Positions 12,280 to 42,258 of a stretch of 43,388 nt of DNA are shown here, piece by piece. Each line of letters begins with the position of its first letter. Position 1 is the first letter of the stretch. The notes under the pieces were generated by a model. The model worked only from the letters and a program-made list of their open reading frames with translations. It was not told where the DNA came from and did not search any database. The translations under genes and the position numbers were made by a program. The stretch comes from Macrostomum lignano (taxonomy: Eukaryota): positions 1 through 43,388 of the forward strand of contig NIVC01004521.1 in assembly GCA_002269645.1 (NCBI GenBank). Direction: 5' to 3'.

Positions 12280-12958
12280 ATTCTCTCACAAGTGATTTTA
12301 ATTTAACAGCTTCTTATTCCCTTCTTCGCAACACTCAATCAACTTGCGTGCCTTTCACGCATTTTTGTCTATGGTTAAGACAAATTAACTGAGCGTGCAT
12401 CTAACGCGCCATCTAAAGTATTAAGCCAACGTAATACAATGCAACTCATACCACAAGAATTGTACATCAAAAATCGATGTATGAATCCTACATTTTATGC
12501 ACAGAAAATCCGGGATTTTTTTACACAGAGTTCAATTTTTGAGAGATAACTGCGCGCGCATGTGCCAGCTGAGTGCCAGCTGAAACAGAAAAAAAAACCT
12601 GTCAAATCTTGTAGCTGATTGAAGCAGAAACGCGGTAGTTTAGGGACTGTACAGAAGCAATACCATAATTCATAATTTAGAACGATTCATTAGTCTGGTT
12701 CGCGTGTGACATGTAAGCACAATATGCTATTATCAGACTTTAGTCCGACTGGGACCGGATAGTAACCAACTCGAAGTGATAAAATGGATAATCGTCAAGG
12801 TTAAGCGTGTACAGTGGAACATAAATCAATAGTTTTTCATTATTGCCGATAACTTCCTGTAACGATGCAATCCAACAAAGACATTCCGTATAGTTTGAAG
12901 CTATCATAATTTCATTGCAAGAAAATAAACTGTTTGCTTTCCGCTACAGGCTGCTTTT

Positions 12959-21074
<8,116 letters not shown>

Positions 21075-22143
21075 TCAGTTACCGGCCAAACAAACCGTGT
21101 AGAGAATACGGTCGGGTTACAATTAGGCTTATTACTAAGCTGGGTTAGTCTGCCGGGTGAGCAGGGAACCTACGTGCCGAAATGGCCTCGACGAAAGACG
21201 AAACCAACCAAGTCCCTGCGTGTAGGGCAAGCAGATTCTGCCGCAGTAAGTCTAGGATAGCGAGTGAATGCTCCTAACAGAGTTCTAGTTGTCCGCCCCT
21301 CCGTCTTTTATGTCATCCAAGTCCTTCTGTTCGTTCTTGTTTGCGAGCTAGAAAGAGCTGATGCCGGGTGAGAGAGGGGACAGGTGGCAGGGAGGTTCGG
21401 GCCCATCGTTCGCTCCCTCTTCTCCGGTGTCTAACAGTGGAAGAGGTTGAGAGACAGGGATGGACAGACAGACAGCCATCGGGCAGTGCTAAATTGCAGT
21501 GCCGAGAACAGGCTGAGAGGCACTATGATGGAGATTATATGCAAAGGCACGCCGAACGGGCGATCCGCTTCCGAACTGCCTATTAAGGCAGCTCTTCAGT
21601 CTCAAATTTTCCAACTTGTTTTGTTCCACAGTTGCCAGCCTTCCGGGACGCGTTCTGTCGTCTCAAGCCGACTCTTCATTTATCTGTGGCTGCTCTGCGC
21701 TGCTTACATCACTCTGACGACGAGGAGAAAGAAAAAAAGAGCAGATGACGGATGGAAGGCGACGCTAAAAAAGCTAAGGTGAAGAAAACAGATTGCAAAT
21801 CCTGACCCCTGAGCAGACATAGCCGCGAGCGGTGACGGCTGTAGGAGAGGAAAGGAAGCCGAGGTGAAATAGGACACTGAGAAAGCTGCGTTCCCTGGGA
21901 AGGCAGATGGCTTTTCGTTGGGGGCAGATGCCGGTAGCACTGGATGTGATATAATCAGCGCTGCACGGTCCGTGCCTGCGCTATGAGGCGCATGGCTCAA
22001 GCCAGCCTCGCAATCCCCGGAATAATACTGATCAGCTCAAAGCTGACTCACGTACTATCCCCCACTTCCACACTATCTGTCATTACAGCATTGACCAGGG
22101 ATTTGCAACTCGAATATCTGAAATCGATGTGCAGAATATGCTT

Positions 22144-22271
22144 ATCAATCAATCAATCAACCAGTCAATCAATCAATCAGTCGAGGAATCTCAATCAATC
22201 AATCAATCTATCTATCTATCTATCTATTTATCTATCTATCTATTTATCTATCCATCTAATCTATCCATCTA

Positions 22272-22314
<43 letters not shown>

Positions 22315-22316
22315 CA
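22144..22316. repeat. Compound (TCAA)n-(TCTA)n microsatellite
   Basis: Read directly. Confidence 0.95.
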
Positions 22317-22856
22317 TATATAAATAGCTTGTCATGCCTTTCTTTAAAGGCTTTCTTCTTTCTTCTCTGAATACTTTTTCTCGAAAATCTATCTATCAAA
22401 AAATCGCAGACCTCGATATAGAAAAGCATCGAGATATAGAAAAGAGTGGATAGAGACAGACGGCAGACAGGTAAAAACGCTCACATCTGCAGAAGTCCAA
22501 TAGGGTGTGGCTATGAGTACCGCGGGGGGGATAGGAAGTCTCTGGATTCAGTCTGATTTAGTCTTGGCTTCCGTTGCTTTGGGACTGGGGCGTTACCTTT
22601 CGATTGATTTCGTTTCTCTTCCCATCTTTTTGGTGCAACTCTCACTGATGTCTGTGGTTACATAGGAAATGCGCAGGTAATTCAAGCATTCATATTACAA
22701 TATTTACTTCGAGTTTTTAAGAGCCTTTAATAATATTGTTAGATTCAGCTATTCGTATCTATAGACAGGTTCAGAGAGATAAATTGGGGAAATTAGACGA
22801 AGATAGACATTGAAGGAGAGAGTGTGGAGAAGAGGGCTAGAAAGATAGAGGACGAG

Positions 22857-23271
22857 CAAGAGAGTGAGGAAGAGAGAGGCTGAGGAAGAGAGAGAGTGAG
22901 GAAGAGAGAGGGTGAGGAAGAGAGAGGCTGAGGAAGAGAGAGGCTGAGGAAGAGAGAGGGTGAGGAAGAGAGAGTGATGAAGAGAGGGTGAGGAAGAGAG
23001 GGTGAGGAAGAGAGAGGATGAGGAAGAGAGAGGGTGAGGAAGAGAGAGGGTGAGAAAGAGAGAGGGTGAGGAAGAGAGAGGGTGAGGAAGAGAGAGGGTG
23101 AGGAAGAGAGAGGGTGGGGAAGAGAGAGGGTAAGGAAGAGAGAAGGTGAGGAAGAAAGAGGGTTAGAAAGCGAGAGGGTGAGGAAGAGAGAGGGTGAGAA
23201 AGAGAGAGGGTGAGGAAGAGAGAGGGTGAGGAAGAGAGATGGTGAGGAAGAGAGAAGGTGAGGAAGAGAGA
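22857..23271. repeat. Purine-rich ~16-nt minisatellite (GAGGAAGAGAGAGGGT)
   Basis: Read directly; it explains ORFs 22837-23357. Confidence 0.92.
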
Positions 23272-25779
23272 TTGAAAATGAAGTTGGATGATGCTGGGAT
23301 TATCAGATTTAGAAGAGAGGGAATATGAATAGGGCATAGAATTACTGACACAGTCAATACATACGGAGAGAAAAGTAATAAACAGGAAGGGTGCAGAGAG
23401 AAGGATAATGGGTCTTAACTTTCCAATTCAAGCAAATTGCAGCACACAGTCTGCATAGACAGACAACAGCATAACGGATCAAAGTTAATGTTGCATGAGA
23501 ATAAGCGGCATCTGATATTCTTTACACTCCATTAGGATTGATGAGGGGTGGGTTGTAGAGGCGATATATGTGCGTCTCTACCTGTTCCGACTGTAGCTGA
23601 ATTGGTTGAGAAGCCCGTATGCGCTCAAAGGCAGCTTCAAAGCAAAATTCTATATTGAAGAACTGCCGTGTTTCGGTCGATGCAAGAGTCAATCGATGAG
23701 CCACTAGGAGCAGAGAGATATCCCACGTGCAGTTTCTATTTCTCGTCTCTGCTTTGGGAATCTGCAGAGAGCAGTCAGTATGTAGCAAATAGCTCACAAG
23801 GCTCCCCCTGGGGGTGGATGATTAGGGTCTACGAATTACGATTGTTGCGGTCGAATGTGAGCTGAGGGACATTATAGCAGAGTCAGAAGATTGTTAAGGA
23901 GAGCAGAAAGAGCTTGCGAGCTAAGTAAGGTATAAAATCAAATTTATTGTATCAGATATCCACTGCTATAACTAGTGCTATAAACTAGCCATCCGGGCCC
24001 TCTCCGGGGATTTAAGTAATATAAAAAATTAATAAATATATGATACACATAAAACAGATCAGTAAAAGATACTTTTTTACTATTTTAAATTGGGTTTTAT
24101 TGTAGCATTGCAGAGAGATAACTTCTGTCAAAATATCCGTTTTGGAAGTATATAGATTTGGAGTAGACTAGCTTTTTACACTTTCGCTTAATAAACTTGT
24201 GACTCAAGTCTCGAACATAATTTGCAAGCTTAGCCTTCTTCTACTTTAGTTGTCAATGCAACTCAAACCAACGAAAATCCCGCCGTTGGCTTGTGTTGTA
24301 AATCAACAACCTCCTAGCTGATTATTTATCCTACAGTTTATAATCCGTCCCATCCACCCACTCACCGAGTGTCATCGTGCGTCTCTCTTTAAGGCCCAAG
24401 CATACGGCTGTTTCTGTGCTCTCTTCTCCTCCGCCCCTCTCTCTCTCTCACTCAGCTTCAATTAAGCGATCGGCAGCCCGTGAATTGTGCGCGCGATTGT
24501 GTGAAGAGTGCACAGATTGCCTGCCTTAGCCTCAAGCTTCTTGCCCGGGCCGATCGGCCTGAAGCACCTATAATACGGCAGTCACGCTAGCTAGGGTACT
24601 GAATCTCCCTGCAAGGTTGCTTCGTGTCTCTTCCGATTGCTTCCAAGTCTTCTTTCATATAGCCAAGCTCTCTATACTGGCGCACGTAAGCACCAGCTGC
24701 TCTGCACCTCTCCAGGCTCTCCCTCGTCCGACGCCCCCTCCTCTTTTTTTCTCTTTGCCTTCCCGTTGTTATTCATACAGTTATAGTTTGCTTTTTCTGC
24801 ACGCGGATGATTGCTCAATTGAGAGTTGGCGTTCAGCCGAAAGGCATATATTCCGTTCTATTTCTCAAATATCCGCTTAGATACTACACAATCCGGTGCT
24901 TTGCGTTCTGTATCCATTTTTTCTCATAATATGATTCACTTGTTCTGCCTAAAGCCGTGGATGTTTAGATGTTTCTTAACCAGATCAAATCACGTGATCT
25001 GACGTTGTTTTGTCCTTTTCCTTCCTACGTTTGTTTCATCAGCCTTTTTGAAAATTGCTTTTTGCCCGGCTGTCAGTGCCAGGAGTTTTGAAATGGATTT
25101 GGGATGGTCATTGACGGAGAGTGGATCTACGAGTAGAAGACTAATCTTTAACAGATACAAGCCGTGCAACACTCCCGACGTCTACCGACGTACCCGACTA
25201 GCTCAACATCAGTGATGGAAAATTAATGTCTTTAAATTAGACCGGCGGATAACGTCATACGTTTAGTTTAACGTTGGTGTAATTTAAAATTACCCATTTA
25301 CCCATAGACGTCGGCCAACCACTGTACTGACAAGTTGTAATGAAGTGATGGCATACAAGGCCCAGAAACGAGTTGATTGATTAACTGATTACTTCAAATA
25401 GTACACAAACCAGATAGAATCTGACTCAATTTTCATAAACCTGCCACAGGCGTAAACAGAATGATTTTTTGGAAATTTATTCATTTCGGAAATCATAATA
25501 AAATGGTAATTTCTTGTTAGATCTACCGGCTGTAATCTATTGATCTGACACTAAATCAATTAAAGAAATTGCCTATTGTTTTAAATATTAAAATATACTG
25601 CATTATTCGCAGATGCAAGATCCCCAGTTTGTTATAAAAAACCATAACAAACTAAGAAAACTAGCTTTGACATTTTATGAGAGCAAGCACAAACTCGAAA
25701 CCGCTTACCGATGAGTAGAAAGGTAACCCTTCTGCAAGAAGACATGCTTCTATCAAGTGTAAGGCAAAGAGTTCGTGCA

Positions 25780-26480
25780 GTGGCAATGGCTGAGGTAGCT
25801 CAAAGGCGGTGGAGTGTTGCTGGCCATGGGCTAAATATGTGCAAAACTTGTGGGCTCACAGAGAACATCAATTCGAGCATGAACTCCTTCACCTCTCACC
25901 TCAGTGCATTCGAATCATACTCCTATTTGCACAGCAGCTCTCTGCTCTGCTCAGGTCTTTTTTAATTTTCCTCTACCCCAAACATTTTTACTCTTCCATA
26001 CGAAGCACATTTGCTCAAAGTAGTACTTGTGTAGCCGTACAATACAACTTTGTACGAGTGAACGCTTGCACGCGTTTGAACTTACCGCAGCCCATTCTAG
26101 TTAGAAAGGTTGCAATAGCATTTTTCAGACAGCCATCCGGCAGCGCGTTCATTAATAAAGCTCGATGGACACTTGTCTGACTGCAACAGAGAGACAAAAC
26201 TCGACCAGATCGAGTGTTGAGAGTGTCGTAACCAATCGGTTTTTTGAAAAAGCGAGAATTCCACTGCAGCCGTAGTATATCGGTTCCCGGTTCGAGGCGT
26301 TCATAGAAATACACAGACCTCCTTTAAATCTACCATTGGGCGAGGGAGGCTGCGGTTGGCTGACAGAGCTGTGGGAATCAGCTTTGCCATAGGACAGGCC
26401 ATGGGTACTGGCGAATCCAGCTGCATAGGCCAACAGGCTATCAGTAATGCAACGCCGAGAAGTTTTAAGTTCGTTCGCAC
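25780..26480 (-). mobile_element. Highly degenerate LINE remnant (possible AP-endonuclease region, CR1/L2/Rex-Babar-like)
   Basis: Across frames, in the expected order: CITDSLL (cf. CxTETWL), GKADS (cf. RxDR), GRFKGGLCISMN (cf. GGGVC), LPDG, KFKRVQAFTR (cf. FxQxVxxxTR), FECT. Many stops and frameshifts; similarity judged by eye only. Confidence 0.4.
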
Positions 26481-28192
26481 TTATAGTTAAGCACAAAAGG
26501 TGTGTCTAGGACATTGTTTTTCATACTATATTGTACTTGAGCTAAGTATAATAATAGAATATTGTAAGGCAACTTTCATGCATAATCGTAAATTAGGAAT
26601 AGGATTTTTTACTATCGATAACAAAAAATGGGAATTAGTTTATTTCGATTTAGCTTGAAATCGTTTTATATAAAGTGATATCGTTAAAGCCATCGCGATT
26701 CAACGGAAGTTATAATTTATTATGGACCTCAGAAGCAGTCAAATAGTAATTTCCTATTTGAAAGAAAGCATAAATTTATCAACAGTCGCTTCATACTGGA
26801 TGCGAGTATATAGTTAATGAATTTGGAAGCACTTTTGGTTTGAGAAGGAGAATAGCGTCACTCAGTTCTTCAATCAAGCGTCTAGAAATGCAATACAGTG
26901 GCTTCGTGTGTTGCTCATTACTTTACTTGCTAAAGGGAGAAAGAAGCAATGGTTATTGAAACCTGAGCCCCTATGAAGTGGCAAGTTTGCAGGCTTTCAT
27001 AGCAATTCTTTAGCAGTCTGTGTTTCATCGCACCCAACAACTAAGCTTTGATTTTGTCCCCTGTTGCTTTGTCATTGATCTCATATAGCCCTCTATTAGA
27101 TGCATTGGCCAAGAGAACTGCAATGGTTTAATTATAGCATTGAATTTAATTAAGATGTTTCTGAACTGAATTCATATAATCATTAGGTTTATTAACGTTA
27201 TGCTTAATACTGTCTAACAATTGGGTTTAAAATGGACTGTCAATCATTCGTAGTAGCACTGTCAATCACTGACCGCACGACCTAGTTAGGAACATGTAAA
27301 CGCAACAGTGACTCACCTTAATTATGCAAGCCTTGCGTCAGAATATCGATAATAATGAAAACGTTTCGTGACATCTTTGCGATGTCGTGAAAGATATCTG
27401 AAATGAATCAAGCGCTATACTCGTACGCATTCAATGTAGAAAACAGATAAGAAGACATAATTGCTTTCCTTCCTCCAATAACCTACTTGCAGTCAGACGG
27501 CCTTTGATATGCTAATAAGCCAAAAAGTACAACTTAATATGCCAAGAAGCTATATAAAAACAACGGGGAAAACGTAAAAACTAACATATCATGGCATCCA
27601 TGGGATTTATTTTCATCCATGGGATTTTTCCCAATTAGTTTGTTTATGGGGAAACCTACGAAAAATGTACATTCCTTACCTTCCTTATACTTCAGTTGTT
27701 TGTGTGCGTGTGTGACGTCTCTTGAAGTTTTACGAAACACAAACTGAACATCACGGATATCTTTGAGACCTATAACAAGATGCATGCATTAAGGTTTCCT
27801 TGAAAAAAGGAGTCAAAAGGACATCAAGCTCTTTTAAGCATCTTAAAGCCCCGCAGCCGCTATATTTAAACAAAAAATAATCTACAAGTTGTACATAAGT
27901 TGCAGAAATAATCTACCGCAAAAATACGCGACACTACAAACGGCATGCTATTCTGTACGTTTACTTGAAAATAAGCCTTTCATTTCTCATTAACTTTAGT
28001 TCTTAAATTCGATAAAGCAGTATAAATATTAAAAGGGAATAGTTCACACCTCTTGTTGAAGGTATCACTTCCAGTAACCAAAAAACACAAAAACTTTGAC
28101 ACTTCTAACTGACTTCGAAAGACAAGTAGGCCGTAACTAATAACACCTAGGCTAGATACGCTCGTGACGTACATGCAATAACTTTGACATTT

Positions 28193-29311
28193 TCAAGACA
28201 ACGGAAATCCCTGCACGTCAACGAGCTCCTGGGCGAATTCCAGCTGTTGCAGAAGAGCTTCCACATCCTGACACGCAGACAGAGAAGCAGCCGCCTTCTC
28301 TAGTAGCGCCATCCAGTACAGCTGGTACTCATTCTCCTTGGAAGAGCACTTGTGCAGTAGGTCGGCCGACAGGGCGCCGGGTCTCAGTCCGACCGCCGCC
28401 ATCGCCTGCTTGGACCGTTTGCCCGACGAGTACAGCCGCTTGCTGAGGTCGATTCGTCGAACCGAGTCAGTCAGCCGACGCAGGTGACGAATAACGGCGA
28501 GTTTTTGCATGGCCAGGGCCGGCTCCTCAGTCTGCTGCAGGTCGCGCATTCGTTGGCTGAGACTTTTGAAACAATTGACCATCACGAACTGCTTGCTGAC
28601 CTCCCACTGCTTGGCCAAGCCTTTGCCAGCAGCTGTTTCGGCTTTGGCGGCGGTGAAGGCGCCGGCTCCGCCGGTCAGAATGGCTTCGGCAGTATCCTCC
28701 TGGGACTGGGACGCCGACTTGCTGCTGCCCTGCAAACCCTGCTGAATGGCTGCATCAATGTGAGGCTGCTGGTGCTGGCTCTTCCGGCGCCGAGACCTGC
28801 AGGCCAGGGCAGCGGTGGATGTCGCCGGCTGCTGGTGATGCGCGCTCTTGGCGCAGAACATCAGCATCTGGTCGATGAGTGACGAGTGCGGAGCCAGAGA
28901 AGTTGAATTGGCGTCGCCTAAGCCAGTCTGAGCGTCTTCTTCGTCAGCCACCGAGAAGGTATTCGTGTTGACGTCCTCGTTGGTGTCCTTAATGATATTA
29001 CCGTCGGCCGATTGCAGGGGGTTCTTTTCGGCAGTGTGTTCAATGACGTCTCCGCCGGCCACTGCGCCGCCCTGATGGCGTCGTCGATGAGACGAGGAGC
29101 CGTGCCGCTGGGCCCGGCAGGCGTCGCGCTGATGATGCTGATGGTGGTGATGATGATGATGCTTCGAGTGATGCACCGACGATCTTCTCGTAGCGTTGTC
29201 GCCAATGGAGTTGGAGCAGGATTGCTCGGGCTGCTGCTGATGGTGCTTTTGATGCCGATGCTGGCGCGAGCGACCAGGCTGCACCTGCTGCGAATCAATT
29301 GATCTGATCAT
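28193..29311 (-). CDS. Single-exon orphan protein (372 aa): His/Gln/Ser-rich low-complexity N-terminus and predicted helical C-terminal region
   Basis: Uninterrupted ORF (first ATG at 29311, within ORF 28193-29365), GC-rich and coding-like amid AT-rich flanks. An acceptor-like ccgctgcag lies shortly upstream of the ATG. No family motif recognised. Confidence 0.75.
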   Translation of the reverse strand: MIRSIDSQQVQPGRSRQHRHQKHHQQQPEQSCSNSIGDNATRRSSVHHSKHHHHHHHQHHQRDACRAQRHGSSSHRRRHQGGAVAGGDVIEHTAEKNPLQSADGNIIKDTNEDVNTNTFSVADEEDAQTGLGDANSTSLAPHSSLIDQMLMFCAKSAHHQQPATSTAALACRSRRRKSQHQQPHIDAAIQQGLQGSSKSASQSQEDTAEAILTGGAGAFTAAKAETAAGKGLAKQWEVSKQFVMVNCFKSLSQRMRDLQQTEEPALAMQKLAVIRHLRRLTDSVRRIDLSKRLYSSGKRSKQAMAAVGLRPGALSADLLHKCSSKENEYQLYWMALLEKAAASLSACQDVEALLQQLEFAQELVDVQGFPLS

Positions 29312-29839
29312 TTTCAAAGTCTTCAGTTTTTCCTGATTTGAAAAGCGCTGCAGCGGAGCAGGCAATTTATATAAGAGATCGTTTTATTTAGTGCACATTC
29401 ATGCTAGCTTGAAATACGATTTTTGCCATAGAGTGCTGCATCGACATGTAAATTTAATAAATGAAATTACGCCCCTGACCTGCTGCAAGGGAGCACTAAT
29501 TCTTGTACGAGCTAAGTTGCTGTTTGTCTTTGTTATGCTGTTAGGTACATGTACGTACATCAACATGCATGTACTGGTAAAATAGGCCCACAGCTGATTG
29601 CATAAGTTGCTACTGACGCTTCGTTGAGTGTTGACGGACTGCTTGATTAGCACATACATCATGATACATGTACGTGTTTTTTAAGACCCTCGTGACTCGT
29701 ACTTTATAATTGCATATTTGCATTGAATTTTTGTTTCATTACCTGATACATGCACATTGCACATTATATATACATGTAAATAAACTGCAGTCACTGCCGG
29801 TCTTTTTGGGAGGCAGTCCTAAAGAAGGGGGCCTCTACC

Positions 29840-30865
29840 AGCGACCATCCGTGCCGTTATCGCGGCTGCAAGACCTGCCAATGCGCCAGTGTTGATCGTC
29901 TTCGTGGACTTCCGTAACGCGTTTGAATCGGTGCCCAGGCTTGCAGTCGCGTGGTTGCTGTCCTACTACGGCGTTCCCCCTGCACTGCTAGCTGCAGTGA
30001 TGGACCTGTACACTGACTCCATGAAGCGTTTGTCCAGACGAGCGATGGCCCCACCGAGGAGTTCGGCACAACCTCCGGCGTCCTGCGGGGGCGACACGCT
30101 GGCTCCCCGGCCTGCTTTTCAGCATGGTCGTGGACTATGTGCAGCGCCGCTCTCTTCAAGAAGACGACTGCAGCTACCTGCTGGTCCCACAACAAAGCTC
30201 CCGCGACATCCTGTTGTTCCGCTGCCTGCTCTTGTATATGACGATGACATTGCGCTCCTCTGTCGCGATCCAGCTGCATGCACACCAACGCGCTCTTTCC
30301 CGGCTCTGTGAGGAGGGCGCACGGGTGGGGCTGGTGGTCAACAAGCGCAAGACAGAGCTGTGATGCACACGTGAGCACTGACACCGCCCGGCACTTTCGC
30401 TGCCCAACGGAGACGCCATGCCATGTCCGAGGACTTCCGGTACCTCTGGTCGCTATAGCAACGAGTCCGAAATCGATCGTCTCCGACAGGAGGAATCAGG
30501 CGTGGCGCGGGGTGCACCTGCTCAGGAACGTCTTCAACTCTACTGCGAGGGATGGCCTGAAGGTGCGCCTCTTCCGCGCGGCTGTCGAGCCTATCCTCTT
30601 GTACGGCATGGAAGCGGGGGTCCCTGCTGCGCTACGCCCTGGGCGCGTGCACTATCCCGAGAAGTTGCCGCGTCGAGACCTGATGGCCCGCGCGCCGGCG
30701 TTCCAGACCTGAGCGTTATCCTGCGCCGGCCGCGCCGCCAGATGCTGCTGGGCCACTGCCTTACGAAGTCACGGCCGCGGCGACCAAGTCCCGTTGGCGC
30801 TGGTCCTCCTGCAACAGCCGACGGAGCGGAAGCGCCATGCATGGCCAAGGGCGAACTGTGACGCT
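29840..30865 (+). mobile_element. Degenerate, 5'-truncated non-LTR retrotransposon reverse-transcriptase fragment (RTE/RTEX-like)
   Basis: LIVFVDFRNAFESV, GVLRG-DTLAP, LVYDDDIALL (YADD box), VGLVVNKRKTE, EDFRYL and LKVRLFRAAVEPILLYGME, spread over several frames. Confidence 0.9.
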
Positions 30866-33000
30866 AACTGATTGTTTTGTGGCTGACTTGCAGGCGCTGC
30901 TGGGTCTGCTCAAAATCCACTCAACCCTGTAAGATATCGAAAATGACCTGCAAATAATCGAAATTTCTAAAAATAAGCCAAATATAGTACAAATATTTTA
31001 TCCCGTAGGTACTTAAAACATGAAATCTTCACAGAAAAATTTTGATTGTAGAAGTCAGCAGTTATCCTCGCGCGCGGGAAATGAATTGCTTCTTTTCGTA
31101 AGCATTTATATAGTAGCTAAAAATAGTTCCGCCCCTCAAGTCTCGATTCAGTGCATCAGTCGTTAAAGAAGTGATTTTATAACTAGTGATCGTTTTTAAA
31201 AAAAATTTATTACATATTTGCAATTAAAATAATTAAAATCCGGAGGCGCCATTCTAATGAATTAGTTACAGAGCACCAGGTGCTAATGCAGCCCCTGAAG
31301 AGTTTATGAATTCTGTTGGTCTACAGTAGATTTCTTGCAAACAAGCCTTTGAAAGCTGCTTCTACAGTACGTTAAGCTAAATTTATAATCCATACAAGGA
31401 CGCTGCACAGGTAAATTGTGCCAACCTTCTAATTTAGCTATCCATGACCGTGGCGTATCATGATAAAACTTATTAAATCGAAAACAAAACTTTATTTAAC
31501 TTTATTTATCACATTTAACATGGTTTCTTTCATTATTTATAGAAACTATGGAAACATATCGCAGTATATTTGGCACATGAAGTGCTTTAGTTAAAATTTC
31601 CCTTAAAATCAATTAATCAATCAATTAATACGAGTAAAATGTACTTAACGGTGAATAAAAGACACAGTTCATTTTCATCACCAAAACCCACCGTATAAGG
31701 TGTTAACTATTAAACAAAGGGTTACAGCGCGTGTACGTTTTTAGTTCGACAGAGCAAAATATAGTAACATTTTTCATATCGTATTTTAAGAATCTTTGTT
31801 AGCAGTAGTGAGTAGCGAAAAGCAAAGCATCTTTTTAAGCAAAGAGGCAAATTTTTAAATTAGAAAAAATCGTTTGATTATGTTGATTACATTGTTGGGT
31901 GCTTCTATAATTACTCTAAGGGCCCTAAAGTCGTATTCGAGGCGTGCTAGAAGAGTCTAAGAAAGAAAGACCATCTGTAAGAGTTTAAGTTAGAGCTGTA
32001 ATACTTCGCAATTATAAAAACTCTATTTAGTCTACTTTAGTCAGTAGAAAGTTAAGCGCTAACACAACGACTTTTGGACGACTTTTTTGCGATTCTTACC
32101 AGTGAGCTGCTCAATTTCATACTCAACTGACAATGTTAATGTTTTCTCTAAACTGTACTAGCCATCTACAATAAAAAATTGCTAATTTTTAGGGGGAGGG
32201 TGGATATATTCAGTCTTCTCATTGGTTCAAAAACTACTCATTAAAAATCTAAGTTTAAAAATCGGTCTTAATATTTTGCATTTACTCTACTGTTTTTGTA
32301 TTCAAATTCTTAGTCATATTATGTATTTTTCAGATCCTTTTGTACACCATTTATTGTGAATGTGTTTTTCAATTTAATTTGACCTAATTCTAACTCATTA
32401 ATTTCAATTAGCAATGGTAGTCACTTATTAAAAAAATGTTCCATTTTTTGGGGGGAGTGTCGCGACTTTCCTAGTCATTTCTTTAGTTCACCTTCACTTG
32501 TCTCTGTTTACTCTGTTTTCGCTCTCTCTGTCTAGCTCAATCTTGTTATTCTTATCTCTCTCTCCCTTGCTGCCTTCTGATTGGCTCCCCATTCTCGCCT
32601 CTATCTTCAGTCGCGCACTTCACCCCTCTCCTTATTATCTGGAGTCAACCCCCCTCTAAATTAGTCATATAAATATACTTGTTTGGGCCCTGCGCCCACT
32701 TACTGGCTGGCTTATCTTAGATTCAATTTAACTCTAATTTAGTGCTAGCTTTTTTAGTCTTAGTCATTTTAGTCATTAGCAATTACTCTTTAGCGGGCAC
32801 CGAAAACCTAGGAGTTGGGCAACCCCATTCTCCCACGGAACTGTTGATCGTTGCAGGTTTATTAGCAAAACTGATTTCACTTACGGTGAGAGCACAAAAA
32901 CCGGGAAGGTGTTTTATAAAAAATCTAAATTCCAAACAGAAACTACACGATGTAATTAAAAAAACACTAACAGCTGGTGTCAAATCAATCAATCAATCAA

Positions 33001-41534
<8,534 letters not shown>

Positions 41535-42258
41535 CGGCGGTAAAAGTTTTCTTATACATGCAAGAGGAAAAGCACAATTAACGAAATTACGAGCTCGCAG
41601 TATTCCCGACTAGGAATCACACAGCTAAGGCCATTTTCTAATTTTAGATCATAAACTGATCACATTTCGGAGAATTTAAAGCCAATAATAAAGGCAAAAA
41701 CAAGTTACGTCGTAACAGCCTCTAGCACTAGGAAAGATTCGGAACTTTTTCAGAGTTTTTAACAACAGCTGAACATATCTGCAATTCTAGAACATATGTA
41801 CAAACAAATAATCATGCAAATGAAGATAGTATTTAAAAAAATATTAGTAATGTATATTACTAATAACTCTTAATGAAACTCGTATATTTCTGCTCAAAAT
41901 GGCATATGAATGAAGCAACAGTTTGTTATTCAAGCGCTACTATAAAAAATCGTAAACAACATCAAATCAAGAAATAATTGCAAATATTAAAAAACAGCCA
42001 CACTACACCTCAGCTGATGCTGGGTTATGACAATTTTACAAGTAAATATTACAACAGAAACGTGACATATGTTTAATTTTATATTTTATATCTGGAGGGA
42101 CAAGGTAATTCTTGGAATTTAAACATATTCTTTCAAACACATTTAAATTACGAGTATTAGAAAACAATAAGCACATTTCACGATAAAGCTGTTCGATTAA
42201 CCCGATTGAACTAAACAAAACCAGAGATTTCAAAGTGACTTAATTAAAACTCCTGTTA

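Noticed and set aside
21246-21280. Plus-strand mini-intron-like GTAAGT...CTAACAG
   Set aside because: It is only 35 nt, much shorter than the smallest introns supported here (69-89 nt), and has no plus-strand coding context.
24400-24900. GC/CT-rich promoter-like island with a plus-strand donor (cac|gtaagc near 24685)
   Set aside because: No downstream plus-strand gene could be linked to it, and promoter identity cannot be supported from sequence alone.
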